DNA of 64,000 nt from Acidobacteriota bacterium (GTDB taxonomy: Bacteria; Acidobacteriota; CAIWXX01). Under the pieces are notes generated by a model. The model searched no databases. It was not told where the DNA came from and saw only the letters and a program-made list of their open reading frames with translations. A program made the translations under genes and the position numbers. The stretch lies in contig JBFMAF010000024.1 of NCBI GenBank assembly GCA_040755995.1, positions 1 to 64,000 on the forward strand. The letters are read 5' to 3'. Positions 17,901-26,684 of this stretch are shown here, in pieces. Positions within the stretch are counted from its first letter, which is position 1, and every line of letters begins with the position of its first letter.

Positions 17901-18361
17901 GTCAGGGTGTAGGCGTCAATGAGGCCGGGGTCGGGCGCGTGCCGGCTAGCCGCTGCATAGTCGTCCGAGGTGATACCGAGATAGACGCCGGTCTGGCTGC
18001 CCTTGAGCCGATTGATGTCGATGGCCGCGTCCTCGAATGCCTCCCAGCTCACTTCCAAGAGCATGCGATGCTGGGGATCCATCTGCAGCGCCTCGGGCGC
18101 CGGCACGTTGAAGAAGTGCGCGTCGAAATCGTACGGGGATCCAGGGAGGAAACCGGCCCTCTGCGCGTCGGTCTTGCCGGGCGCCGCCGGATCCGGGTCG
18201 TAGAAGTCCTTTGCGTTCCAGCGATCGGACGGAACCTCCGCGGCGGCATCCCGGCCGCTCATCAAGAAGCCGAAGAATGACTCCGGGTCCTCACCTCCGG
18301 GCATGCGGCATGCCATGCCGATGACCGCGATCATGTCGTGGCTGGAATTTGCGTTTTTCAA
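11942..18361 (-). CDS. type I polyketide synthase, single module KS-AT-DH-ER-KR-ACP
   Basis: KS DTACSSS; AT GHSIG plus HAFHS (malonyl type); DH HRILGRMISP; ER HAGAGGVG; KR TGGLGALG, LDD, YASAN; ACP GFDSL; TTG start with GGAGGAG RBS. Confidence 0.95.
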   Translation of the reverse strand: MKNANSSHDMIAVIGMACRMPGGEDPESFFGFLMSGRDAAAEVPSDRWNAKDFYDPDPAAPGKTDAQRAGFLPGSPYDFDAHFFNVPAPEALQMDPQHRMLLEVSWEAFEDAAIDINRLKGSQTGVYLGITSDDYAAASRHAPDPGLIDAYTLTGTVLSPAAGRLSYIYGFHGPSMSIDTACSSSLVAMNLACRALEGGECDLALAGGVSLILSPIFHICSTKLRNISPDGRSKAFDASADGYGRGEGCGLVVLKRFEDARQDGDRIMAVIRGSGVNQDGRSAGLAAPNGRAQEMLIRTVLSRSGLEASDIDYIEAHGTGTRLGDPIELHAIGAVMNDGHDKDHPVIVGSVKSNVGHLEAAAGVTSAIKIVEALRHEAIPPSLHFRTPNPEIRWKDMNVRIAAEPVPWSRGDRTRRAGVNSFGFSGTNAFMIFEEAPPEAQAAAKPARPVHVLPISGRKQEAVKCLGERYLAFIKSNPSLSAADLCHTAAAGRAHHSLRKALVGATAEELLERLKELVNAPDAGRSRDAERPAPRIAFLFTGQGSQYVGMARGLYEHHPVFRKTLDACAALLDRELDRPLLDLIYGDGASEEELARTCNNQPAIFSIQHALCRLLASWGVKPDFLAGHSIGEYAAAVEAGVLGLEEALRLVVHRGRLMQAVTEKGSMAAIFCEEEALADLLRENRATVSIAAINAPGVVILSGKEQTVELIIATLAQRKISSTRLKVSHAFHSPLMEKAADDFLSIARGATYAPPRLPLFSTVAAAEAPDGVMNSAEYWSRQIRKPVLFKKTVEALRAAGANIFLEIGSTPTLSGMAQSTLKDESCRYLSCLKPKEDDWRRICTTAAALYEQGVEIDWKEFDRPFSCRPMRAPLYPFQRKRFFMDPISRPSASMVGPSYPAASPVLGSRITTPAAPGAVIFQNVFRAGAPAFLEEHRILGRMISPAAAHVFMMAAAARTLRPSNGCLLENVEFLKPLVIDEDQARVVQLIVEAGGGRNAARLVSRPDDAASDDWVTHCTADLSFSAPEAPPLPSRAEIEARCPSSMTIEELYGFFEKAGYVLGPNFRRIQTIRYGSDEILCELSAADSLDGFLMHPGLIDSFIQTGLPVCVPRADTMFAGDRVVIPLSMGALVALGPLEGPLTCHNRIQVRKDILQSTITVRDAADRKVFEIRDMILKLTDRKTLYRDLGAGHENLLYAPAWKEIAAKDLPHRSDQTRSSFVILSGDRSPSLDAVATKLAGAGIGVSHHDGDAAFIEKAGAVHPDASFSIIHAIGGEDTAQDDLPNRVVQFMGREALAIVQALVRMKATHRAALWFLTTGMETIDSSDTRVSLRASAIRGFVRTLAIEYPELHAGAIDLEQDPSEAAVQEIVDLVTTRSPERMLAIRGGRIFGERLLRMREALRAESRLSLPSTAPDQNWRLDKSPRGLLDELHFSVAPRTVPRKGEIEIRVRATGLNFKDVLVALNQYPGDVAMLGFDCCGVVTSVGEGVDRLKAGDAVMLFGAPGCMGKYVTADARQAVKKPESLTFEEAVTIPAAFLTAHYAFTRIGKLKKGERVLVHAGAGGVGMAAIQLARRLGCEVFATAGSDRKRALLSSMGVEHLYSSRDTSFAEKIGRITSGQGVDVVLNSLTGEFITKSLSLLAPGGRFLEMGKREILDPDWLARNHPAIAYHPFDLSAVAAADPDLGCEMLEELLAGFAAGELTPLPRTIFEIEDAPAAFRYMSQARHVGKIIISQGEVVRREAARGAGPIRRDGTYLVTGGLGALGLRIAERLVGAGAVAVVLASRRAPSSEVMARIDAMRGASAVEAMQCDVASRDDVARAVARISSSLPPLRGVIHAAGLLDDGIAGEQDERRFEAVMRPKVAGTWNLHRETERLDLDFFVCFSSIASLLGNAGQSNYASANSFMDGFARFRRAAGLSGMSIEWGPWAEEGMATGVAAQKLTAQGVRLLDPETCLDVLMRLLEDQPVQAGVMDIDWRAYCERHGIETATGFYSRLGLSGRGGAEEPAKAKESPADTLKQLADTPESKRPKLMLSLLQKMAKGILGYGDAETIESDRPLSEQGFDSLMSVELRNRMSKAFAKPLPASLLFDHPTLNKLSAFMLTEVLDLGPAAALPVDTSSTEYVLGQIDALLRNP

Positions 18362-18390
18362 GACGGCTCTCCTCCGACTCGTTCTAGCCT

Positions 18391-18448
18391 CGTAGCCGCC
18401 GGCTTTGGCCTGCGCCCCACCGGACGCGGGCTAAAGCCCGCGGCTACG
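18391..18448. repeat. GTAG-type REP-like inverted doublet / long hairpin
   Basis: cGTAGCCGCCGGCTTTGGCCTGCG...CGCGGGCTAAAGCCCGCGGCTACg. Confidence 0.7.
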
Positions 18449-18505
18449 CGACCATTCGTCGCCATACCACCGCCGATGACTTCTCAGCAGTCTTGAAGAA
18501 ACGAG

Positions 18506-20122
18506 TTATCTATCGTCAAACGGGTTTCTCGGCTGGACTCCCAGACTTGGTCCCGCTTCACTCCCCTTATCGGTAGCGGCCTTCTTCCACGCATAGGTGG
18601 TTGGGCACTGATACGTCGGCCTTGTAGAGGGGTCATTGAGAAAATCGTCCATCATCTTGGCCGCACAACCGAGGTACGTTGTCGCATGACCTGCAAGGAT
18701 CGTGAAGACAAAGCTATGACTCAGGTACCTTGCAGAATCTTGAGCCCATACGGGCGGGGTGCCGGAATCGATACTGCCTGAAAGCAGCATCGTTGGGATG
18801 TTGCTGATCACGGGGTATTGGATGTCGGGAGAAACCGGAGTAACTTCCCATAGCCTCTGAATGGCAGGCTCTGAATAGATAAAGCTGTTTCTCGCCCACC
18901 CTTGGATAGCTGGATTGTCCATGGCGAGATAGATCATGGATAAGACCTTTGACGGCGTGGTGTAATGACCGTCCGATGTCGCCGCCATCGACTCGAACAT
19001 CCCGAGGCTGGGGGCATCGGTGCCAGCCTTGCCGGCAGCGAAAAGGTAGTTGGTATTCCCGATCCACGCGTCTGCGACAACTGAATAGTCCTGGGTTTCG
19101 TATATCTTCGCGATATTCAGCGGGAGGGAAGCGTCGTAAGGAGTCGAGCGCAATTGTCCCATTACGTAGGAGACAAATATCTGAGCGTCTACCGGAATCA
19201 AGGCCTGGATCGGCTTACCCTTGCTATTGGTACCATGGCCTATGGTATTCACCGGATTCCCTTGCAGCCGCGTAATAATCTCGTAGAACGCTTCTTCGGT
19301 ATCTGGAAAGTCAGTCTTGCAAGCTCGAAAAAAGGATTTTAAGGCGTACATCACGCCCGCTGGTTGCTCGTCAAAAGGATTGACCTCCGGAGGAAGAACC
19401 GAGTCAAGCACAACGGAACGAAGTATCTCCGGATACAGCTTCATGATGGTCATAGAGAGCCTTGTTCCATAGGACACCCCGAAGAGGTTTACCGTGTCAT
19501 AACCCAGTGTATCCCGAAGGTCCTTGATGTCCGCGGCGTTTTCAAAGGTGTTGTATGCTGAAAGGTCGATTCCTGAAGCACTCAATCTCTCGTAGCATGC
19601 CTCGACTGCTTCAACCCTTGCCGTGGCCTGCTCTGAAAAAGACGAGCCATACATTGACCTTCTCAACCCAGCCGTTTCCTGGGAGCAGTAAAGCGCCGGT
19701 ACCGAGTAATTAGTTCCCCGCTGGTCTACGACGATGAGGTCCCGGTTGTCCCTGAATGTGTCAACGAAAGTCTTCTTGATGTAAGGGTTGTTATCTTTGT
19801 TCTCAAATAACTCCACTGCCTGGGCTGTGGAAGCGCCGGGTCCGCCGGTGAGGAACAGCAAGGGGCCTGATTCGGAATGGCTCTTTGGGTTCTTGTAGAT
19901 CGTCAGATAAATCTTGATGCGACGGCTGTTGGCATTGTTGCGGTTTTCCGGAACGATGAGGTATCCACAAATCGTCTTGGAGTTCTCCGCAAGCTCGTGC
20001 TTACACGGGCACTCCTGGAATTTCGCATCATCCGTCGCAAATACAGGACCAGCTGATGACGCGATACAGAAAGAGACCACGGCAAGAAGCATCACATTGG
20101 TGGAAAGAAACCGGTTAGACAT
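18506..20122 (-). CDS. exported alpha/beta-fold hydrolase (TAP-like / peptidase S33 type)
   Basis: signal peptide, CGYLIVPENR, LTGGPG, DQRGT, GVSYG nucleophile, C-terminal D..TP and GH; start placed at ATG after AAGGAGGAGG. Confidence 0.88.
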   Translation of the reverse strand: MSNRFLSTNVMLLAVVSFCIASSAGPVFATDDAKFQECPCKHELAENSKTICGYLIVPENRNNANSRRIKIYLTIYKNPKSHSESGPLLFLTGGPGASTAQAVELFENKDNNPYIKKTFVDTFRDNRDLIVVDQRGTNYSVPALYCSQETAGLRRSMYGSSFSEQATARVEAVEACYERLSASGIDLSAYNTFENAADIKDLRDTLGYDTVNLFGVSYGTRLSMTIMKLYPEILRSVVLDSVLPPEVNPFDEQPAGVMYALKSFFRACKTDFPDTEEAFYEIITRLQGNPVNTIGHGTNSKGKPIQALIPVDAQIFVSYVMGQLRSTPYDASLPLNIAKIYETQDYSVVADAWIGNTNYLFAAGKAGTDAPSLGMFESMAATSDGHYTTPSKVLSMIYLAMDNPAIQGWARNSFIYSEPAIQRLWEVTPVSPDIQYPVISNIPTMLLSGSIDSGTPPVWAQDSARYLSHSFVFTILAGHATTYLGCAAKMMDDFLNDPSTRPTYQCPTTYAWKKAATDKGSEAGPSLGVQPRNPFDDR

Positions 20123-20431
20123 GATCCTCCTCCTTACGTGTAGGAGATGTGACACTGAAGCAAGATGCCTTCAAATGCTTGTTCACAGTGAACCGGCTCG
20201 TCATGGTTAGGGCGCGGAAACATAGAAGGACCCCCCTCTCGTGAAGATATCCATCGCCCCAGGCTCGGTCGTTGCCTGTTGGCTGCTGGTAACAGCTCGC
20301 CCACCCTAGCTCCGCCCAGGATGGGGAAACACCTTTATGATCCCTCTTGGGTTGGGCAGGGAGTGGATCCCTTTGCCTGGTTCAGAGCGAGGGGTTGCAC
20401 TATTACCATTCCCGGTTCACCGGGTGGAGTC

Positions 20432-20460
20432 ATACTAGCCTTTGGCCGCCGTTCTGTCAA
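20432..20460 (-). promoter_or_regulatory. sigma70-type promoter upstream of the hydrolase/PKS genes
   Basis: TTGACA-17 nt-TAGTAT on the minus strand. Confidence 0.6.
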
Positions 20461-20919
20461 GCGCTTTCGGCTTCTTGTTGGAGATTGCGAAACCACGGCC
20501 GCCCTCCTGTTCATTCATCATCCCCTTGCACGGTTGGGGATGATTCGGCGATGATCGTCGTCGGGAAGCGTATCCTTCTGCCGCTGGAAACGTACAGCTT
20601 TGTTGGATTGCGTGTTATTCATACCGGACATCTGTATGACCAAATGCGACAAGAATTTCCCGGGCTACTTCGATGGCTCAGTCGCCAAAGCCAGACGACC
20701 TATCTGTTGCCGCTGCGCTCCACTCGATCAGGCGAGGCCATAACCCAATCCTTCGAAACACACTCTTCTCAGAACCCCCGTGCCGATTGGATGAGTTCGA
20801 CGACCTGTATCGCGTCGGTGAACCTGAGGGGCAGGATGGGACTCGGTGCGATGTCCTTCCGGCGACGGTGAACCCGTCGTCAGCCCGCTAAGCGGGCCCG
20901 CGAGCAGGCTGGGAGCGAT

Positions 20920-21972
20920 CTACCTCCTCAAAGACGAGACATCGATGACGAACCGGTACCTGACGTCGCTCCTGAGCATCCTCTCATAGGCATCGTTGAT
21001 CCTCTGGATCGGGATGACCTCGACATCCGACACGATGTTGTGCCGGTCGCAGAAATCGAGCATCTCCTGCGTCTCCTTGATGCCGCCGATGAGCGAGCCC
21101 GCCAGTTGACGCCGTTGTAGTATCAGGTTCATCACGCTGGGGGACGGATGCGGCGTGGCGGGTGCGCCGACGAGGCACATGGTGCCGTCGCGCTTGAGCA
21201 GGTTGATGTAACTGTCGAGATCGTGAGCGAAGGAGATCGTGTTGAGGATGAAGTCCAGGCTGTTGGCGTGCTTCTTCACGTCATCCGGACTCTTCGTAAT
21301 GACGACCTCGTCCGCGCCCATCCGCACGGCGTCTTCGGTCTTGGAGGGCGAGGAGGTGAACAGCACGACGTGAGCGCCGAGGGCGTGCGCGAGTTTGACT
21401 CCCATGTGGCCGAGGCCGCCGAGCCCCACAATGCCTACCTTCCGGCCCTTGGACACATTCCAGTGACGCAACGGCGAATAGGTCGTGATGCCGGCGCAAA
21501 GCAGCGGCGCCACGGCGGCGAGATTCTGCTTTTCGGAAACACGCAGCACGAAGTGCTCATCCACCACTATTTGATCCGAGTAGCCGCCGTAAGTCTGCTT
21601 TCCGGTGTGAACATCCCTGCTGTTGTATGTCAGCACGGGGTTCTTGCGGCAGAACTGCTCCAGGCTATCCGCGCAATCAGCACATTCCCGGCATGAATCG
21701 ACCATACATCCTACGGCCGCAATGTCGCCAGCTTTGAATCCCCGGACCGCTGTTCCCGCTCTTGTCACACGTCCGACGATCTCGTGCCCCGGAACCACCG
21801 GGTAGTTCGTGCTCTTCCATTCATTACGCGCGATGTGCAAGTCCGTGTGGCAGACCCCGCAAAAGAGGATCTCGATCTGGACATCCCTTTGACCGGGCTC
21901 ACGCCGCTCGAACTCGAAGTACGCAAGGGGTGAGGCTGCGTTGTGCGCCGCGAAGCCGCGTGCCTTGCTCAT
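20920..21972 (-). CDS. NAD(P)-dependent zinc alcohol/aldehyde dehydrogenase (cinnamyl-ADH/YahK-like)
   Basis: CGVCHTD, GHEIVG, structural Zn cysteines, PLLCAGITTYSPL, GLGGLG, YRFVID. Confidence 0.95.
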   Translation of the reverse strand: MSKARGFAAHNAASPLAYFEFERREPGQRDVQIEILFCGVCHTDLHIARNEWKSTNYPVVPGHEIVGRVTRAGTAVRGFKAGDIAAVGCMVDSCRECADCADSLEQFCRKNPVLTYNSRDVHTGKQTYGGYSDQIVVDEHFVLRVSEKQNLAAVAPLLCAGITTYSPLRHWNVSKGRKVGIVGLGGLGHMGVKLAHALGAHVVLFTSSPSKTEDAVRMGADEVVITKSPDDVKKHANSLDFILNTISFAHDLDSYINLLKRDGTMCLVGAPATPHPSPSVMNLILQRRQLAGSLIGGIKETQEMLDFCDRHNIVSDVEVIPIQRINDAYERMLRSDVRYRFVIDVSSLRR

Positions 21973-22227
21973 TTGTGTTCTCCTCTCTCACTACCCTTCC
22001 ATTCAGAAGCGAATGGCGGATGGTCCGGGGTGCTTGGACACACCCGCTTCCTGGCTCGGAGCTCCATCCATCATTCCCGGCTCCGTCGCCCCATTGAAGG
22101 AGGATACTCTCCCGGATCATCCAGTTCAAGGTCTGTTCCGGCCGACCGCAGAACAAGGCCGTCCATTACCTTGGCACCAGCACCTCTGCGCCTTATCTTC
22201 CTCGTGTGGGGGTCGGAGGAGCTGGAT

Positions 22228-23071
22228 ATGAAGAAACTGGTTTGGGGAATTGTCATCGCGGGCGCCGTGATCATCCTACTGGCGCTCGTGGGGCGAGGCG
22301 CGGTCAAGCATGCGGACGAGACCTCGGGAGAGGCGACGAGTGTTCGAGTGACACGGCGCACCATCGAAACCACCGTCAAGGCAACGGGTGTCATCAGGGC
22401 GATGGTGGGCGCCGAGGTGAAAGTCGCAGGCGGTGGCCGCGCAAAGGCGCGTCGAGGCCGCGGCCAGCCTCGCCTACACCCGCACCCAGCTTGACTACGC
22501 GCGAATCTGCGCCCCAATTGCCGGTGTCGTCTCGTCGATCTCGACCCAGGAGGGCGAGACCGTCTCTGCGAGCCTCGCGGCCCCGACCTTCGTCACGCTG
22601 GTAGACCTGTCGCGCCTGGAGGTGCGGGCATACGTGGACGAGACCGACATCGGTCGCATCCGGACCGGCCAGGAGGCGCGCTTCACTGTCGACACCTACC
22701 CCGGCGAGGAGTTCCAGGGCCGCGTCAGCGCGGTCTATCCCCAGCCGGAGATACGCGACACCGTCGTCAACTACATAACCGTGGTCACTTTCGACGCACC
22801 ACGCGATCGAACGCTTCGCCCCGAGATGACGACGACGGTCCAGATCGCCATCGAGAGGCACGACAACGCCCTGTCCGTGCCCCGGGCGGCCGTGCACCGC
22901 GAAGGGGGACGCACGTTCGTCTACTGCATGCTCGATGGAGGCGAGATCGCCGCGCGATCGGTCACGACGGGGGCTTCGAACGACAGCCTCTGGGAGATCC
23001 GATCAGGGATTGACGAAGGCGAGACGGTCCTGGTCGGCCGAGTCGATCCGGGTGCCGGAATTCCACAATAG
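22228..23071 (+). pseudogene. MacA-like efflux periplasmic adaptor with internal deletion and frameshift
   Basis: N-terminal part MKKLVWGIV...ATGVIRAMVGAEVKV in one frame; C-terminal part ARICAPIAGVV...EGETVSASLAAPT...VDETDIG in another frame from ~22430; hairpin region missing. Confidence 0.8.
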
Positions 23072-23092
23072 ACGCAGAGGAGTCAGAGCACA

Positions 23093-23674
23093 ATGATCAG
23101 GCTAACTGGTATCAGAAAGACCTATGCGAGGCCGGGCGGCGAGGCCGTCCGGGCGCTGGACGGTGTTTCGCTTGATGTCGAGCGCGGCGAAATGGTCGCG
23201 CTCGTGGGCGCATCGGGCTCGGGCAAGTCGACGCTCATGAACGTGATGGGCCTGCTCGACCGGCCCGACGAGGGCACCTATCACCTCGATGGGCGCGACG
23301 TGGCCCGCCTCGATCTTAACCATCAGGCCGAGCTGCGCAACGAAAAGATCCGATTCGTGTTCCAGGCCTCTCACCTGCTCCCGCGCGTGAGCGCACTGGG
23401 AAACGTCGAACTGCCCTTGCTGTACTCGCGGCGCACCACGATCAACGGCCTGGGGCTGGCCGCGCTCAAGTCCGTGGGCCTCGCGGACCGCGCCCGGCAC
23501 GCGCCGGGCGAGCTCTCCGGCGGCCAGCAACAACGGGTCGCGATCGCCCGTGCGCTCGTCAACGATCCCGACGTGCTCCTGGCAGACGAGCCCACCGGCA
23601 ACCTCGATGCGCAGGCGGCGAAGGAGATCATGGATATCTTCCGTCGCCTGAGCGCTGCAGGGCGCACGATCATC
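23093..23674 (+). pseudogene. MacB/LolD-like ABC ATP-binding protein, 3' truncated
   Basis: GASGSGKST, LSGGQQQRVAIARAL, LLADEPTGNLD; homology ends at GRTII before the H-loop (VTH); ORF stops at 23716; no permease follows. Confidence 0.85.
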
Positions 23675-24003
23675 CCTCCCGCCATCCGCAACGAGAACTT
23701 GAGACTATTGACGTGATGTGCCGGTGCAAGAAGCGACGCCACGATCAGCACCAGCACGAATGCCGCAGCCGGGAGAGCAGCCGAGCGTGGAACCGGCAAT
23801 CCCGGACGCCCCATAAGAAAGACGAGGCAAGCCAGCGCGATGGCTGCCTCGGGAAGCGTCACGTTGAAAATCCCGGCCACCGAAAATAGGGGCGCCGCCA
23901 GCTCCCACGGGAGAACGAATAGCGCCATGGCGCAGGCGAAAGACAGAACCGTATTCCGCGCGGCGACGGGTGCGGGCTCCGAAGCGAGCTCCTTCTCAGC
24001 CAT
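23668..24003 (-). pseudogene. N-terminal fragment of a membrane protein (O-antigen ligase-like), 3' truncated
   Basis: MAEKELAS...FVLPWELAAPLFSVAGIFNVTLPE...SLKFSLRM; hydrophobic helices; start overlaps upstream stop; runs into antisense of the ABC gene. Confidence 0.6.
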
Positions 24004-25060
24004 CCTTCGTCCCTCCCGAGAAAAGCAGCAGCCAGAAGACCGGCCAATCCAGGTAGATCGAAACAAACATCGAATAGCACATCGCGGCGCAAACCGCGGC
24101 AAATGAGGGCGTGCGCGTCCGGAGGCTCCACACAAGCCCGCAGAACGACAGCAGCGCGGGGATTCCAGCTCCCGCCGCGATGTCCAGGAAGAGATTGTGC
24201 GGATCCAGTGCGGGTGGATCGATTCCGGACTCCCGAGCCTCCTCAGCGAACCCATCCCATCCCAGCCCGCCCCAGGGATGTCGGGCTGTGGCAGCCAGAG
24301 CGACGCGGGCATAGGCGAGCCGTGGCTCCGCCGTCCGTATCGCATCGCCCCACGTAAGCACCGCGATGAGAACCGCCACGGCAACAGAAGCGATACCGGC
24401 CGCCGCGAGCAGTGCACGGCTGGGCCGAGCTGGTCCGGTTTGTCCGCGCCGCAAGCGGTAGAGTGCCAGCGTGACCAGGCCGATGCCAAGTGAGAATAGC
24501 GCAGCGCGGGACCTGGTGAGCCCAAGCAAGACCGCACCTGCGGCTGCACCCAGCCAGCCCTGCACCGCCGGTCTGGCCGCCGCGATCACTGCAATCGGCA
24601 GCGCGGTTCCCGCAAGGAACAGGTGATAGCTGCCGGCATCCCCAAGCTTCGAGCCCCAAGCGGTGGCGGCCGGACCCTGCACGACATGTGCCGCTACTTC
24701 AACCAGCGCGCGCGAGATCGCTCCGAGTATCAGCGCTCCATCGAGGCTGTGGTGCGCGAGAACGAGTCCGGCCAGGATGGCAAGAAGGAACCGCGCGAGG
24801 AACGAGAGCGCTCCGTCTATGTCATCGGCCCTTGCCGCGCTAGCAACAATCAGCGCGGCGAAGGCGATCAGCATCACTTGACTTGTGCGGGGCAGCGGCC
24901 GCGCCCACCCCCGCCAGACTCCGACTGCGGCGACGGCTCCGAGCAGCACAATCGCGCAGGGGAAGCCGCGTGGTTCCAGGAGATGCGGTCCGGGCACGAA
25001 TACTGTAAGAAATGCGCCCGCATACGCCACCCAGGACCAGGAACCGCGTTCGGCCTTCAA
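23996..25060 (-). CDS. O-antigen ligase (Wzy_C/WaaL-like) family membrane protein
   Basis: multiple TM segments, LTRSRAA, HPWGGLGW, PHNLFLDIAAGAGIP. Confidence 0.75.
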   Translation of the reverse strand: MKAERGSWSWVAYAGAFLTVFVPGPHLLEPRGFPCAIVLLGAVAAVGVWRGWARPLPRTSQVMLIAFAALIVASAARADDIDGALSFLARFLLAILAGLVLAHHSLDGALILGAISRALVEVAAHVVQGPAATAWGSKLGDAGSYHLFLAGTALPIAVIAAARPAVQGWLGAAAGAVLLGLTRSRAALFSLGIGLVTLALYRLRRGQTGPARPSRALLAAAGIASVAVAVLIAVLTWGDAIRTAEPRLAYARVALAATARHPWGGLGWDGFAEEARESGIDPPALDPHNLFLDIAAGAGIPALLSFCGLVWSLRTRTPSFAAVCAAMCYSMFVSIYLDWPVFWLLLFSGGTKDG

Positions 25061-25063
25061 CGT

Positions 25064-26461
25064 TCAACCGTCGACACGCGACCGGTCCCGGCAGAGACAT
25101 GAGAGCAGCGCGGTAGCCGCTCTCCATGGCGCGACGCGAAGCGAGTTGGCGATGCCGGGCTGCCTGGCCTCGCGACATCCGGCGTCGGTTCGCTTTTTCA
25201 GGAACTTGTAAAAGAAACCCGGATATCGCGTCCGGAAGGACGGGGTGCCCTCGTGGTAGTCGCCAGTGGAAGCAGTGCTCGAGCTCAGGCTCGCGCTGAC
25301 GTTCTCGTAAAAGCCCGTTCCCGGCATCGGATGCACGACGCTCATCGAGATCTGGTCCGGCTGGATACGCCGGATCAGATCCAACGTCTCGAGGATTTCC
25401 GGATACTCTTCACCCGGGTATCCGTACATGATGAAGACGCCCATCTGGATGCCGAGCGCATGCATCCAGTCGGCCGTGCGCCTGACCTGATCCACTTTCG
25501 TCCCCTTTTCCATTGCGTCAAGCACCTTCTGCGATCCCGATTCCACCCCGTACGTGATACGCGAGCAGCCCGCGTCCTTCATCAGCCGGAGGATCTTCTC
25601 CGAGACCTGGTCCACACGGGCCATGCACTCGAATGACGCCGGCATGCCGGCCCTCTTGAGCTCCACGCACAACTCTTCGACCCACGTCTGCTTCACGACG
25701 AACGAGTCGTCGAAGAACCAGAAATGGTCGACCCCGTACCTGTCGATCAGCCCTCGCATCTCGGCGATCACCGGATCGACTGGCCGCAGCCTGAAGTTGT
25801 TGCCGAAGATGGGCCGCGAGCACCAGTTGCATCTGAACGGACACCCGCGAGATGCCATGATACCGGTTGTTGCGGTGCCATGCGCGCCCTTCCATGCCCG
25901 CACGTACACCGGCATGTCGAGCATATCGTAGGCGGGGATGGGCAGATCCGATAGGCTTGCGAGCGGCGGTCAGGGCACAGTTGTGACGAGATCTCCGCCG
26001 GAGATGTAGGTGATCCCCGCTATCTCATGCAGGGCGCCTTCATTCTTCAAGAAGTGCGCGAGCAGGTCGGTGAGTGTTGCTTCACCTTCCGATCGCGCGG
26101 CGACGCGTGCCCCGGCGCGCAAGTAGACCTCAGGGTAGACCGCGGGGTCCGGCCCGCCGCAAAGCACGGTGCGTCCGGACGCCGCCAGCGACCGCACGAC
26201 GGCCAGCGCCTGGGAGCGGAAACCGTTCATCGCGTACACCCCGGCGACCTTCGAGCGGGTGCCATCGAGCTCCCGGATCAGACCGCCCAGCGATGGATGG
26301 AACGTTCCATCCACGATTGCCACTCGATAGCCGCGCTGCCTGACCCATGCGGCCAGAGCAGCCAGGCCGAGAGGCGGGTAGGGCTCCATCTTCCGCAGTC
26401 GCTCGCGGCGTTCCACGAGCACAAACGGATTGACGAGCACCAGATCCAACTCGGGATTCAT
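25064..26461 (-). pseudogene. B12-binding radical SAM protein interrupted by an in-frame TGA at 25970-25972
   Basis: N-terminal PPLGLAALAA...GGPDP...EGE; same frame continues P*PPLASLSDLPIPAYD into SRGCPFRCNWC, FFDDSF, GVESGSQ, GYPGE. Confidence 0.88.
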
Positions 26462-26684
26462 CTCATGGAATGATAGCTGGTCATCATCCAGTCTGTCCAG
26501 CAGCGAGCTCAGGCTGCATGCGTGAGAACGCAGAGGGGGAGCTGGTGTTGCGATTCAGGTCGAATGCGCTGACGATTCCGCGGATAACCCGATACACGCT
26601 CCTCTCGTTCACAAGGCAGAGTCTCCGAGGATTCCTGCGTTGCCCTTCCACAAAGCAGCGCTCGATGAGGTCAGCAATCGAAGG

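Noticed and set aside
20470..20900. Small ORFs between the hydrolase and the alcohol dehydrogenase
   Set aside because: No RBS or motif support in any frame; left unannotated
26462..26680. Cobalamin riboswitch upstream of the B12 radical SAM gene
   Set aside because: Only a loose resemblance (ggaagg...ggagactctgcc); conserved core not recognisable; an Rfam scan would be needed
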